From Thermoanaerobaculales bacterium (lineage in GTDB: Bacteria; Acidobacteriota; Thermoanaerobaculia; Thermoanaerobaculales; Sulfomarinibacteraceae): DNA of 64,000 bases. Below, one piece after another: positions 56,682-64,000 of this stretch. The stretch's first letter is position 1. Each line of letters begins with the position of its first letter. The DNA is taken from positions 2,006 through 66,005 of the forward strand of contig JAOZPW010000001.1 in assembly GCA_029932545.1 (NCBI GenBank). Reading direction: 5' to 3'. The position numbers and the translations under genes are program-made. The notes beneath the pieces were generated by a model that did not search any database, was not told the DNA's origin, and saw only the letters and a program-made list of their open reading frames with translations.

Positions 56682-57287
56682 ATGACGTTTCTTACCACTC
56701 GGCAGCGTGATGTCTTGGAGTTCATAGAGAGGCAAATTGTTGCTCATGGAGTAGCGCCCACACTTCAGGAAATCTCCACCCACTTTGGCTTTCTAAGTAC
56801 GGCCTCGGCCCAGAAGCACGTTAATCTATTGGTAAGAAAAAGGTTTCTGGATCGAGATAAACACCAAAAACGCGGTCTGACGGTTGTTGAAGAACGGGCA
56901 GGGCAGGCTTTGACTCCACTGCCGTTGGTGGGCACTGTTGCCGCCGGGTCTCCTATCGAAAACTTTGGAGAGGCCGAGGAGACCACTGTTCCGCCGGACA
57001 TGGTTGGACAGGGGGAGCACTTCGTGCTCCAGGTCCGGGGCCTTTCGATGATTGATGACGGTATCCACGACGGGGACCACATCGTTGTCAAGCGCGTGGT
57101 CGAGGCCAGGCCGGGAGACACGGTGGTGGCACTGGTTGATGGCGAAGCGACATTGAAGCGTTTCTTTCCGGAGGCGGATGGCAAGATCCGGCTTCAGGGG
57201 GCCAATCCAACCCTCGCGCCGATTGTAATACCGGCTTCGAGTGTCGTAATCCAGGGGATTCTGGTCGGACTCTTGAGGAAATATTAG
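56682..57287 (+). CDS. lexA: LexA repressor
   Basis: ORF 56640..57287 trimmed to ATG 56682 (MTFLTTRQRDVLEFI...). Cleavage site VAAG, catalytic S in GLSM and K in ATLKRF. Confidence 0.93.
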   Translation: MTFLTTRQRDVLEFIERQIVAHGVAPTLQEISTHFGFLSTASAQKHVNLLVRKRFLDRDKHQKRGLTVVEERAGQALTPLPLVGTVAAGSPIENFGEAEETTVPPDMVGQGEHFVLQVRGLSMIDDGIHDGDHIVVKRVVEARPGDTVVALVDGEATLKRFFPEADGKIRLQGANPTLAPIVIPASSVVIQGILVGLLRKY

Positions 57288-57346
57288 GGATCCGGACGGG
57301 AGCCCAACACCTTGACGGCAGGTGGGTTCCACGATAGCGTTTCATT

Positions 57347-57694
57347 ATGAGTGATTTGGAAGCACTGACGATCATCCTAACGTCTGTTGGTACTGAGCAG
57401 CAAGCGGTTGAAATCTCAGAGGAATTGATTGACCGGCGTTTGGCCACATGTGTCAACATCATTCCGTGTCTCCGCTCGATATACCGGTGGAAGGGAAAGG
57501 TCTGTGAAGACACTGAGTATCTTTTGCTGGTTAAAGCACCGAGGCGAAACTTCGACGGAGTCTCCGAAGCTATACGGGCCTTCCATTCCTACGAACTCCC
57601 GGAAATTCTCGCAGTTCCTGTCGAAAAGGCAGAAGAGGCCTTTCACCGATGGGTGCTGCAGATGGTTGAGCCCGTAGATGGTGCGAACTCCTAA
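57347..57694 (+). CDS. cutA: divalent-cation tolerance protein CutA
   Basis: 115-aa ORF: LATCVNIIPCLRSIYRWKGKV...SYELPEILAVPV. Confidence 0.85.
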   Translation: MSDLEALTIILTSVGTEQQAVEISEELIDRRLATCVNIIPCLRSIYRWKGKVCEDTEYLLLVKAPRRNFDGVSEAIRAFHSYELPEILAVPVEKAEEAFHRWVLQMVEPVDGANS

Positions 57695-57724
57695 AAAACC
57701 CGATATGGAAGCGGGGGGTGCCTC

Positions 57725-58150
57725 ATGTGGGCAACCCTGAGCCTTGAAAGTCGTTTTGAGAGCATCGAAATCGCCGAACGGGCCTTGGCTGATCTCTTTG
57801 TTGAGGTTGGGTTGGGGGGTGACGAAGAGTACTGGATCCTGACGGCAGTTCGAGAAGCGATCGCTAACGCCATACGTCACGGACATCATGGGCGGCCTGA
57901 CGAGTCCGTCAGGGTGGATTACCGTGTTGAGGCAGGTAGTGTGTCCATTACGGTTGTTGATCAGGGAGAGGGGTTCGACCCGGCAGTGATTCCGGACCCC
58001 AGAGATGCGGAAAACCTCCTCAAACCATGTGGGCGAGGAATCTTCTATATGAGGCGGTTCATGGACGAGGTGATCTTTCGCCACGGGGCAGGGGGAGGTA
58101 CCATGGTGTGCATGAGCCGCAAACTGACACAAAGACCAATCAAGGAGTAA
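57725..58150 (+). CDS. anti-sigma regulatory factor, RsbW/SpoIIAB-like serine kinase
   Basis: 141-aa ORF with HATPase_c features (AVREAIANAIRHG, DQGEGF, GRGIFYM). Confidence 0.75.
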   Translation: MWATLSLESRFESIEIAERALADLFVEVGLGGDEEYWILTAVREAIANAIRHGHHGRPDESVRVDYRVEAGSVSITVVDQGEGFDPAVIPDPRDAENLLKPCGRGIFYMRRFMDEVIFRHGAGGGTMVCMSRKLTQRPIKE

Positions 58151-58155
58151 AGACG

Positions 58156-58494
58156 ATGAAACAACAGATTCGTGACGCTGATGATGTGCGTATTATTTCC
58201 CTTTCCGGCAAGATTACTATCGGCGCAGGTGACGTGATGTTGCGTGAGTTGATCAACGAAAGTTTGGAGTCCGGTCACACCAAGCTCCTGCTGGATCTTG
58301 GCAACATTACGACTATCGACTCTTCCGGAATTGGAGAAATGGTGGCGTCCTATACCTCGGCCAAGAACCGTGGGGCAGAGTTGAAGTTGGTCAACCTTTC
58401 CAAAAAGATCAACGACATCCTGCAGGTCACACAGTTGATTACGGTCTTCGATGTTTTTGATAACGAGGCTGAGGCAGTCCAGAGCTTCGGCTAG
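58156..58494 (+). CDS. STAS-domain anti-sigma factor antagonist
   Basis: ORF 58027..58494 trimmed to ATG 58156, behind AGGAG. Phosphorylatable Ser context TTIDSSGIGEMV. Confidence 0.8.
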   Translation: MKQQIRDADDVRIISLSGKITIGAGDVMLRELINESLESGHTKLLLDLGNITTIDSSGIGEMVASYTSAKNRGAELKLVNLSKKINDILQVTQLITVFDVFDNEAEAVQSFG

Positions 58495-58544
58495 CTGCAG
58501 GGCAGAGACCTGAGGTTCAAGGGTTTTCAGACCACGCTGATGAC

Positions 58545-58967
58545 CTATGCGTTGCCGGGTCCCAGCCCATGGTCTTGGCAAAACGCCCGAATCTTCCGCT
58601 CCATGGTCGTGACGGTTGAACTGTAGGCGTCTTCATCCTCGCCGTAGGGGTCGCGGATCGACCAGGCGATTCTCTCGGCAGTTATTCGGCACGGCAGGGC
58701 GGCCAGACCCGGTTGGCCCATTAAGCTGATCACGACATCGATCGAGTCGAGATCAATGTCCTCAAGGCCCTTGGATGACAAAGCCGTCACTGGGTAGCCG
58801 TGTGAGCGCAGGGTTTCCAAAGAAAGATCGGCCACACGCCCCGTGGGGTGAAGTCCTGCCGAAACGGCGTTGACGGTTGTTCCGCCGATCGTATTGAGGA
58901 TCGATTCTGCCATCGGTGAGCGGCAGGTGTTGGCGTAGCAGACGAAAAGGACGTTGAGTGGGGTCAT
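58545..58967 (-). CDS. low-molecular-weight protein-tyrosine phosphatase / ArsC-like
   Basis: ORF 58545..59051 trimmed to ATG 58967. P-loop VLFVCYANTCRSPMAE and C-terminal DPYG. Confidence 0.8.
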   Translation of the reverse strand: MTPLNVLFVCYANTCRSPMAESILNTIGGTTVNAVSAGLHPTGRVADLSLETLRSHGYPVTALSSKGLEDIDLDSIDVVISLMGQPGLAALPCRITAERIAWSIRDPYGEDEDAYSSTVTTMERKIRAFCQDHGLGPGNA

Positions 58968-59213
58968 CACCCCATTATATGCATGCAAGACCCGGCGGAG
59001 CCGGAAACAATAAAGCACTGACCGGTCCGCCGGGCAGCTCTCAGCAAGCAAGTGCTCTCGACAAGTTCAATTTTTCCCACGATGTGATGTGGCCCCGTCA
59101 AACAACGATCCCAAAGGCAGAGCCGGCCCCGGCTGAGAACCAAAATACCCATGGGCAAGGGCCTCATTGACCGACGTGGCGGTCAAGTGTAGCCTTGGCA
59201 TTGGAGTTTTGTT

Positions 59214-59885
59214 GTGGTTCTGACCGGTTATAACACCGACATTAATTTTGAAGGAACGACGTACCATGTCCAAACAGAGGACAAGGGACGAGCGAATCCG
59301 AATATTGAGTCGTTGGTCTATGCCAGGGGTGAGATTCTTTATTCGAAGAAAACAGCATATGACGATCTGGTCCTCCAGGATGCCGATGACAAAGAGGTTG
59401 CCAACCTAATGGATCGCCAACATCGAACCCTGGTAGAGGCCATCCGCAGAGGGAAGCTTGGGCAACTGACCGGAGGGGCCTCGCGAGAGAGAACGGTGGC
59501 CGGCAACGCTCCGCAACCCCCCACCCAAGAACCTTCATTGGACGAGGTCATCCTGGATTACCTCAAGGCCCAACAGGGGAAGGCGCACCTGATCTTGAGT
59601 TCGTCAGGGGAGAGGGACTTTGTCTACGGATCTGAGACCGAGATCCGGATTGTCGCCGTGGACTCCCAGGAAAACGCACCGCAAGCAGGAGTCAAGGTCA
59701 CCGTTTTGTTCAAGTCGACTGCCGAACCCCGACGGCTCCAACTGGCCGAGGGGGAAACTGACGCCAACGGCGTGTTCCTGGCTCAATCGACCCTTCCGGA
59801 TTTTAATGGTGGGACCTCTGCAGTCGTCGTCACCGCTGAAGGTAATCTCGGACAGTCGGAGATCAAGCATTTGGTTCACCGGTAG
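59214..59885 (+). CDS. hypothetical protein
   Basis: 223-aa ORF with coding-like composition. No family recognised. Confidence 0.5.
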   Translation: MVLTGYNTDINFEGTTYHVQTEDKGRANPNIESLVYARGEILYSKKTAYDDLVLQDADDKEVANLMDRQHRTLVEAIRRGKLGQLTGGASRERTVAGNAPQPPTQEPSLDEVILDYLKAQQGKAHLILSSSGERDFVYGSETEIRIVAVDSQENAPQAGVKVTVLFKSTAEPRRLQLAEGETDANGVFLAQSTLPDFNGGTSAVVVTAEGNLGQSEIKHLVHR

Positions 59886-59904
59886 AGGCGGGGTCGGGCC
59901 CGGA

Positions 59905-59977
59905 GGATTCTGAAGGGTTGCGGTCCGCAGGTTGTTCCAGAGTCCAGCATGACAGTGACCGAAACCCTTCAGAATCC
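59905..59977. repeat. 15-bp perfect inverted repeat (long stem-loop)
   Basis: GGATTCTGAAGGGTT (59905..59919) pairs with AACCCTTCAGAATCC (59963..59977) around a 43-nt loop, 20 bp downstream of the hypothetical gene stop. A T7 run follows at ~60008. Confidence 0.7.
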
Positions 59978-60166
59978 TAAGTGCTGCGCTGCGCGCACGG
60001 CGAGGGATTTTTTTAAAAAGGGGACCGTGGCGATGTTTTGGTGTTTTTGTACACCCCTTTTGCGCGAAGCGCCCTCGCAATGAGTGTGTGGCGGATTGGC
60101 CTACCCGCCGGCCTTGGGCAAAGAGTGGCCAAAACAGGCCAATACGGCGCGCGCTCATTGCGTCCC

Positions 60167-60195
60167 TTGTCAGTCACTGTGTTCTCCTGTACAGT
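60167..60195 (+). promoter_or_regulatory. candidate promoter of the tRNA-Lys/tRNA-Leu/tig unit
   Basis: TTGTCA (60167..60172), 17 nt, TACAGT (60190..60195), 12 bp before the tRNA-Lys 5' end. Confidence 0.5.
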
Positions 60196-60207
60196 ATCGC
60201 CGGTTGT

Positions 60208-60283
60208 GGGCCGTTAGCTCAATTGGCAGAGCAAGTGACTCTTAATCACTAGGTTGGAGGTTCGATTCCTCCACGGCTCACCA
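60208..60283 (+). tRNA. tRNA-Lys (anticodon CUU)
   Basis: Hand-folded 76-nt cloverleaf: acceptor GGGCCGT/ACGGCTC, anticodon stem AGTGA/TCACT with loop CTCTTAA, T-arm GGAGG-TTCGATT-CCTCC, encoded CCA. Confidence 0.9.
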
Positions 60284-60297
60284 TGATCCCCATCGTT

Positions 60298-60383
60298 GCG
60301 AAAGTGGCGGAACTGGTAGACGCGCGAGATTTAGGATCTCGTGGGGTACCCCCGTGGGGGTTCGAGTCCCCCCTTTCGCACCA
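60298..60383 (+). tRNA. tRNA-Leu (anticodon UAG)
   Basis: Hand-folded 86-nt class II tRNA: acceptor GCGAAAG/CTTTCGC, anticodon stem CGAGA/TCTCG with loop TTTAGGA, long variable arm, T-arm GGGGG-TTCGAGT-CCCCC, encoded CCA. Confidence 0.9.
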
Positions 60384-60396
60384 TCTCGGAGAACAC

Positions 60397-61689
60397 ATGC
60401 CGCACCAAATCACCAAACACCCCGATTACACAGTTGAAATCACGGCAGACTTGGACAAGGCCGCCGTCGATAAAGAGCGCGATGTTATCGCCAAAAAACT
60501 GAGATCCCAGGCCCATGTGCCAGGGTTCCGCCCGGGCAAGGCCCCCTTGTCGACGGTTCGAGCCAGGTATGGCGAAGAGATTCGTGAAGAACTCACTGAA
60601 CACCTCGCCGGCTTGTTGTGGCGGCAGATCCTCGATGAGGAGGATGAGTTTCAACCACTGATCCAACCCAGTTTCGAGGAGATGGGGTTCGGTGATGATG
60701 GTGGCTTTTCCTTCAAGGCCCGGTTGGAGGTCAGACCCAGTTTCGATCTGCCTAGCCTGGATGGAATCGAATTGCCTGATCACTCGATTGAGGTCACGGA
60801 AGCTGAGATCCAAGGCGAGTTGGAAGGCGTGGCCGAAGAAAACGCTTCTTGGGAGCCTGCGGCCGAGGACGCTCAAGTGGTTGATGGCGTGATGGTCGAG
60901 GCCGATTTGACGGCAGCGGTTGAGGGTTCGGATGAAGAGCCGACGACCGAGGAGAACGCCCGCATTATCGTAGGGGCAGACGGAATGCCTCCTGAAATCA
61001 GCGAGGCGCTCCAGGGCGCCCGGGTCGGGGACGAACGTGTCGCGACCAGGAGTCCGAGTGAAGATCCAGCCGAAGGGGACACGGCCGAGGAGGCTGCCCG
61101 ATCGGTAACTTACACAATGACGGTCAAGGCCATCAAGAACAAGAGTCTCCCCGAGATCGACGATGGTCTGGCCCAGGGGTTGGGGTTTGACGACCTGGAT
61201 CAGCTAAAAGAGAGAATTGTTGAGGTTCTCGGGGGCCGAAAGGCATCCGAGCGGAGAGACGGGTGGCGGCGCCACATCCTGGATCATCTCGAGGAGGGCG
61301 TGGATCTCGAAAACCTACCGCCGACCCTGGTCAAAGACGCCGTGTCCGGCGATATTCAACGGTTTGTCTATCACCTGGCCATGCAAGGACAGGCACCGGA
61401 CGATCAAATGGACTACCAGGCTCTTCGGGCGCGCTTCGAACCCGAGGCACGCCTCCGGGCTTTGGATACGCTGATTTTGGAGCAACTCGGGGATGAGTGG
61501 CAGATAGAAGTTCCCGAGAATGATGTCGACGCCTACATTGCCGGCGAGGCACAGCAAAAGGGCATTCCCCCAGCTGAACACAAGGCCAACTTGATCAAAG
61601 AAGACCGATTGGACAGCCTGCGTCATGCCTCTCTGATGGCGGCAATTGTCAGTGAGTTACTGAGACGCGCCGGCGCCGAGGAGGACTGA
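60397..61689 (+). CDS. tig: trigger factor
   Basis: ORF 60283..61689 trimmed to ATG 60397, since the upstream part covers the two tRNA genes. Ribosome-binging signature GFRPGKAP. Confidence 0.9.
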   Translation: MPHQITKHPDYTVEITADLDKAAVDKERDVIAKKLRSQAHVPGFRPGKAPLSTVRARYGEEIREELTEHLAGLLWRQILDEEDEFQPLIQPSFEEMGFGDDGGFSFKARLEVRPSFDLPSLDGIELPDHSIEVTEAEIQGELEGVAEENASWEPAAEDAQVVDGVMVEADLTAAVEGSDEEPTTEENARIIVGADGMPPEISEALQGARVGDERVATRSPSEDPAEGDTAEEAARSVTYTMTVKAIKNKSLPEIDDGLAQGLGFDDLDQLKERIVEVLGGRKASERRDGWRRHILDHLEEGVDLENLPPTLVKDAVSGDIQRFVYHLAMQGQAPDDQMDYQALRARFEPEARLRALDTLILEQLGDEWQIEVPENDVDAYIAGEAQQKGIPPAEHKANLIKEDRLDSLRHASLMAAIVSELLRRAGAEED

Positions 61690-62279
61690 TGAGTTTCACA
61701 ATTCCCTACGTAGTTGAGCAAACCAGCCGTGGGGAGCGGTCGTACGATATTTTTTCGCGCCTCCTCAAAGACAACGTCATCTTTTTGGGGTCGGCAGTCG
61801 ATGATCAGGTCGCATCACTGGTGATCGCCCAACTGCTTTTTTTGGAAGCAGAGAACCCTGAAAAAGACATCAATATTTATATCAACTCCCCAGGAGGTTC
61901 GATTACCGCCGGGTTGGCAATTTATGACACCATGCAGTACGTCAAACCTCAGGTGGTAACGATCGGCCTGGGTCAGGCAGCATCGATGGGGGCGATTCTC
62001 TTGGCAGGAGGGGCTAAGGGGAAACGTTTTGCACTTCCCCACTGCCGTGTTCTCCTCCACCAACCCCTAATGTCCGGTCTTCAGGGGCAGGCGACCGATA
62101 TTGATATCCACGCCAAGGACCTGATGCGGTTACGGACTCGGTTGAATACAATTTTGGCGAGGCACACCGGCCAATCGGTCGAGAAGATCCACGAAGACAC
62201 GGAGAGGGATTTCTTCTTGGAAGCGGAGGCGGCTGTGGAGTACGGTGTCATCGATGAAATCATCACCTCCAGGGAATGA
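61689..62279 (+). CDS. clpP: ATP-dependent Clp protease proteolytic subunit
   Basis: 196-aa ORF: catalytic Ser in GQAASMGA, His in LLHQP. Confidence 0.97.
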   Translation: MSFTIPYVVEQTSRGERSYDIFSRLLKDNVIFLGSAVDDQVASLVIAQLLFLEAENPEKDINIYINSPGGSITAGLAIYDTMQYVKPQVVTIGLGQAASMGAILLAGGAKGKRFALPHCRVLLHQPLMSGLQGQATDIDIHAKDLMRLRTRLNTILARHTGQSVEKIHEDTERDFFLEAEAAVEYGVIDEIITSRE

Positions 62280-62320
62280 TGTGGCGATAATGTGGTATAG
62301 AATGAACCACGGAGGATCCC

Positions 62321-63559
62321 ATGTCCCAGCGTGAAGGAGAGGTCCTGCGGTGCAGCTTCTGCGGCAAGAGCCAGCACGAAGTCAAAAAGCTGATCGCTGG
62401 ACCGACTGTGTATATCTGCAACGAATGTGTGGAGGTCTGCCTCGACATCATTGCTGAGGATCGGGTTCACGAGGCCAAGGTCCACCATCAAGAGCTTCCC
62501 AAGCCTCAGATCATCAAGAAACATCTGGACGATTTTGTCATCGGGCAAGAAAGTGCCAAGAAGAAGCTTTCGGTCGCCGTCTACAACCACTACAAGAGGA
62601 TCGAGTACAAGCAGGCCAAGAACCGGAATGGCGTCGAGTTGGCAAAGTCCAACATCCTTCTCATTGGTCCGACCGGTACCGGAAAGACCCTTTTGGCCCA
62701 GACCCTGGCCCGCCAACTTGAAGTTCCGTTCACCATTGTCGATGCCACAACCCTGACCGAAGCCGGCTATGTTGGTGAGGATGTCGAAAATATTCTTCTC
62801 CGGCTGATGCAGGCGGCAGACGGTGATCGGGAGGCCGCTGAGCGCGGCATTGTCTACGTCGACGAGATCGACAAAGTGGCTCGCAAGGCGGATAATCCAT
62901 CAATCACCCGGGACGTATCGGGTGAGGGTGTGCAGCAGGCCCTGCTGAAGATTCTCGAGGGCACCGTGGCCAACGTGCCGCCTCAGGGCGGTCGAAAACA
63001 CCCACACCAGGAATTCATTCAAATAGACACCACCAATATTCTGTTCATCTGTGGTGGTGCTTTTGTGGGCCTCGAAGATATCGTCGCCGGCCGGCTCAAC
63101 CAGAAACGAATGGGCTTTGGGGTCGATCTCGGTGGCAACGAGCACCGTTCGTCGGAGCTTCTGGAAAAAGTCCACCCCGAGGACCTGATCAAGTACGGGA
63201 TGATCCCCGAGTTTGTTGGTAGGATTCCGGTGGTATCCACCCTGCACGAGTTGGATCATGAAAGCCTGGTTCGAATTTTGACGGAGCCCAAGAACAACCT
63301 CGTGCGGCAGTATGAAACAATGCTGTCTTTTGAAGACGTTGATTTGTCGTTCACTGACGACGCACTGGCCTCAGTGGCGACGGAAGCACTGGAGCGAAAA
63401 GTTGGTGCCCGGGGATTGAGGATCATTCTCGAGGAATTGATGCTGGACATCATGTACCAGGTGCCATCCATGCCGGAGACTGATGAGCTTGTCATTTCCC
63501 GAGATGTCGTAGAACATCGTATCCAGCCCTTGACGGGAGTTCGCAAGAAAGTGAGTTAG
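62321..63559 (+). CDS. clpX: ATP-dependent Clp protease ATP-binding subunit ClpX
   Basis: 412-aa ORF: zinc-binding CSFCGK...CNEC, Walker A GPTGTGKT, Walker B VYVDEIDK. Confidence 0.97.
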   Translation: MSQREGEVLRCSFCGKSQHEVKKLIAGPTVYICNECVEVCLDIIAEDRVHEAKVHHQELPKPQIIKKHLDDFVIGQESAKKKLSVAVYNHYKRIEYKQAKNRNGVELAKSNILLIGPTGTGKTLLAQTLARQLEVPFTIVDATTLTEAGYVGEDVENILLRLMQAADGDREAAERGIVYVDEIDKVARKADNPSITRDVSGEGVQQALLKILEGTVANVPPQGGRKHPHQEFIQIDTTNILFICGGAFVGLEDIVAGRLNQKRMGFGVDLGGNEHRSSELLEKVHPEDLIKYGMIPEFVGRIPVVSTLHELDHESLVRILTEPKNNLVRQYETMLSFEDVDLSFTDDALASVATEALERKVGARGLRIILEELMLDIMYQVPSMPETDELVISRDVVEHRIQPLTGVRKKVS

Positions 63560-63651
63560 TCGTTATCGTCATTGTCTGACCGTGTTCGCGGTTGGGCCCA
63601 AACGACCCAATCCCGGGTTCGCCGGGAGTACCCAAGAACGAGAGAGTTTTG

Positions 63652-64000
63652 ATGAGTTTGGACGAGTTACTGACCCTCCCTGTCGTCCCCCTGCGGGACA
63701 TGGTGGTTTTTCCCCATATGATGGCGCCTTTCGTCGTTGGACGAAAGCCGTCGGTTATCGCTCTGGAAAATGCGTTGCAGCGGGAAGACTCCATGATTTT
63801 CCTGGTGACTCAGAAGGACCCCAAGGTGGACAATCCGGGACCGGACGATGTTTTCACTCTAGGAGTTACCGCCAGAGTGGTTCAACATCTGCAGTTGGCA
63901 TCAGGCAATATCAAGGTGATGGTTGAGGGATTGGCTCGTGCTGAGATCGTTGATCTTTCTTCTGATGAGGGAACCCTGGAAGCCACGGTTCGTACTCGGA
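63652..64000 (+). CDS. lon: Lon protease, N-terminal fragment (continues past the window end)
   Basis: Hand-translated from ATG 63652: MSLDELLTLPVVPLRDMVVFPHMMAPFVVGRKPSVIALENA...GNIKVMVEGLARA, a typical Lon N-domain. It is open to the window edge and absent from the ORF track. Confidence 0.85.
   Translation, partial: MSLDELLTLPVVPLRDMVVFPHMMAPFVVGRKPSVIALENALQREDSMIFLVTQKDPKVDNPGPDDVFTLGVTARVVQHLQLASGNIKVMVEGLARAEIVDLSSDEGTLEATVRTR

Noticed and set aside
60176-60195. CTGT...ACAG resembling an E. coli-type SOS box in the tRNA promoter
   Set aside because: The spacing is N10, not N8, and the organism's own lexA carries a different (GAAC-N4-GTTC) box.
60283-60396. N-terminal extension of the trigger factor ORF
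   Set aside because: The extension is simply the translation of the tRNA-Lys 3' end and the whole tRNA-Leu gene. The true start is ATG 60397.

Overview
High-GC bacterial chromosomal segment covering the replication-origin neighbourhood. All calls come from reading the sequence and ORF translations by eye; no database or HMM search was run.

The core genome is highly conserved:
- Plus strand: rpmH-rnpA-yidC-jag-mnmE-mnmG-rsmG-parA-parB-bactofilin, then an F1Fo ATP synthase operon (b', b, delta, alpha, gamma, beta, epsilon).
- Minus strand: dnaA-dnaN-recF-gyrB-gyrA, with a DnaA-box-rich dnaA/dnaN spacer as candidate oriC.
- Other housekeeping genes: uvrA, smpB, trmFO, dprA, pdxS/pdxT, lexA with a GAAC-N4-GTTC box, tRNA-Pro, tRNA-Lys, tRNA-Leu, and tig-clpP-clpX-lon (lon runs off the right edge).

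The accessory part lies at about 4.4-11.6 kb and is a complete chromosomal integron:
- An intact integron integrase gene (intI, 10554..11573, plus strand) with a divergent attI.
- Six gene cassettes on the minus strand, bounded by five full attC sites (67-112 bp) and one truncated attC.
- Cassette cargo: a two-gene TPR plus unknown cassette, a self-promoted MazF-type toxin-antitoxin cassette, an AT-rich stand-alone GIY-YIG mini-nuclease, a SnoaL/NTF2-like protein, and two secreted proteins of unknown function.
- An internally deleted IS256-family element sits just beyond the distal end of the array.

Two other unexplained regions stand out. One is a run of nine abutting GC-rich hairpins, mostly with GAA loops, between a xerC/D-like gene and trmFO. 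The other is a roughly 750-bp hairpin-rich non-coding stretch between intI and uvrA.
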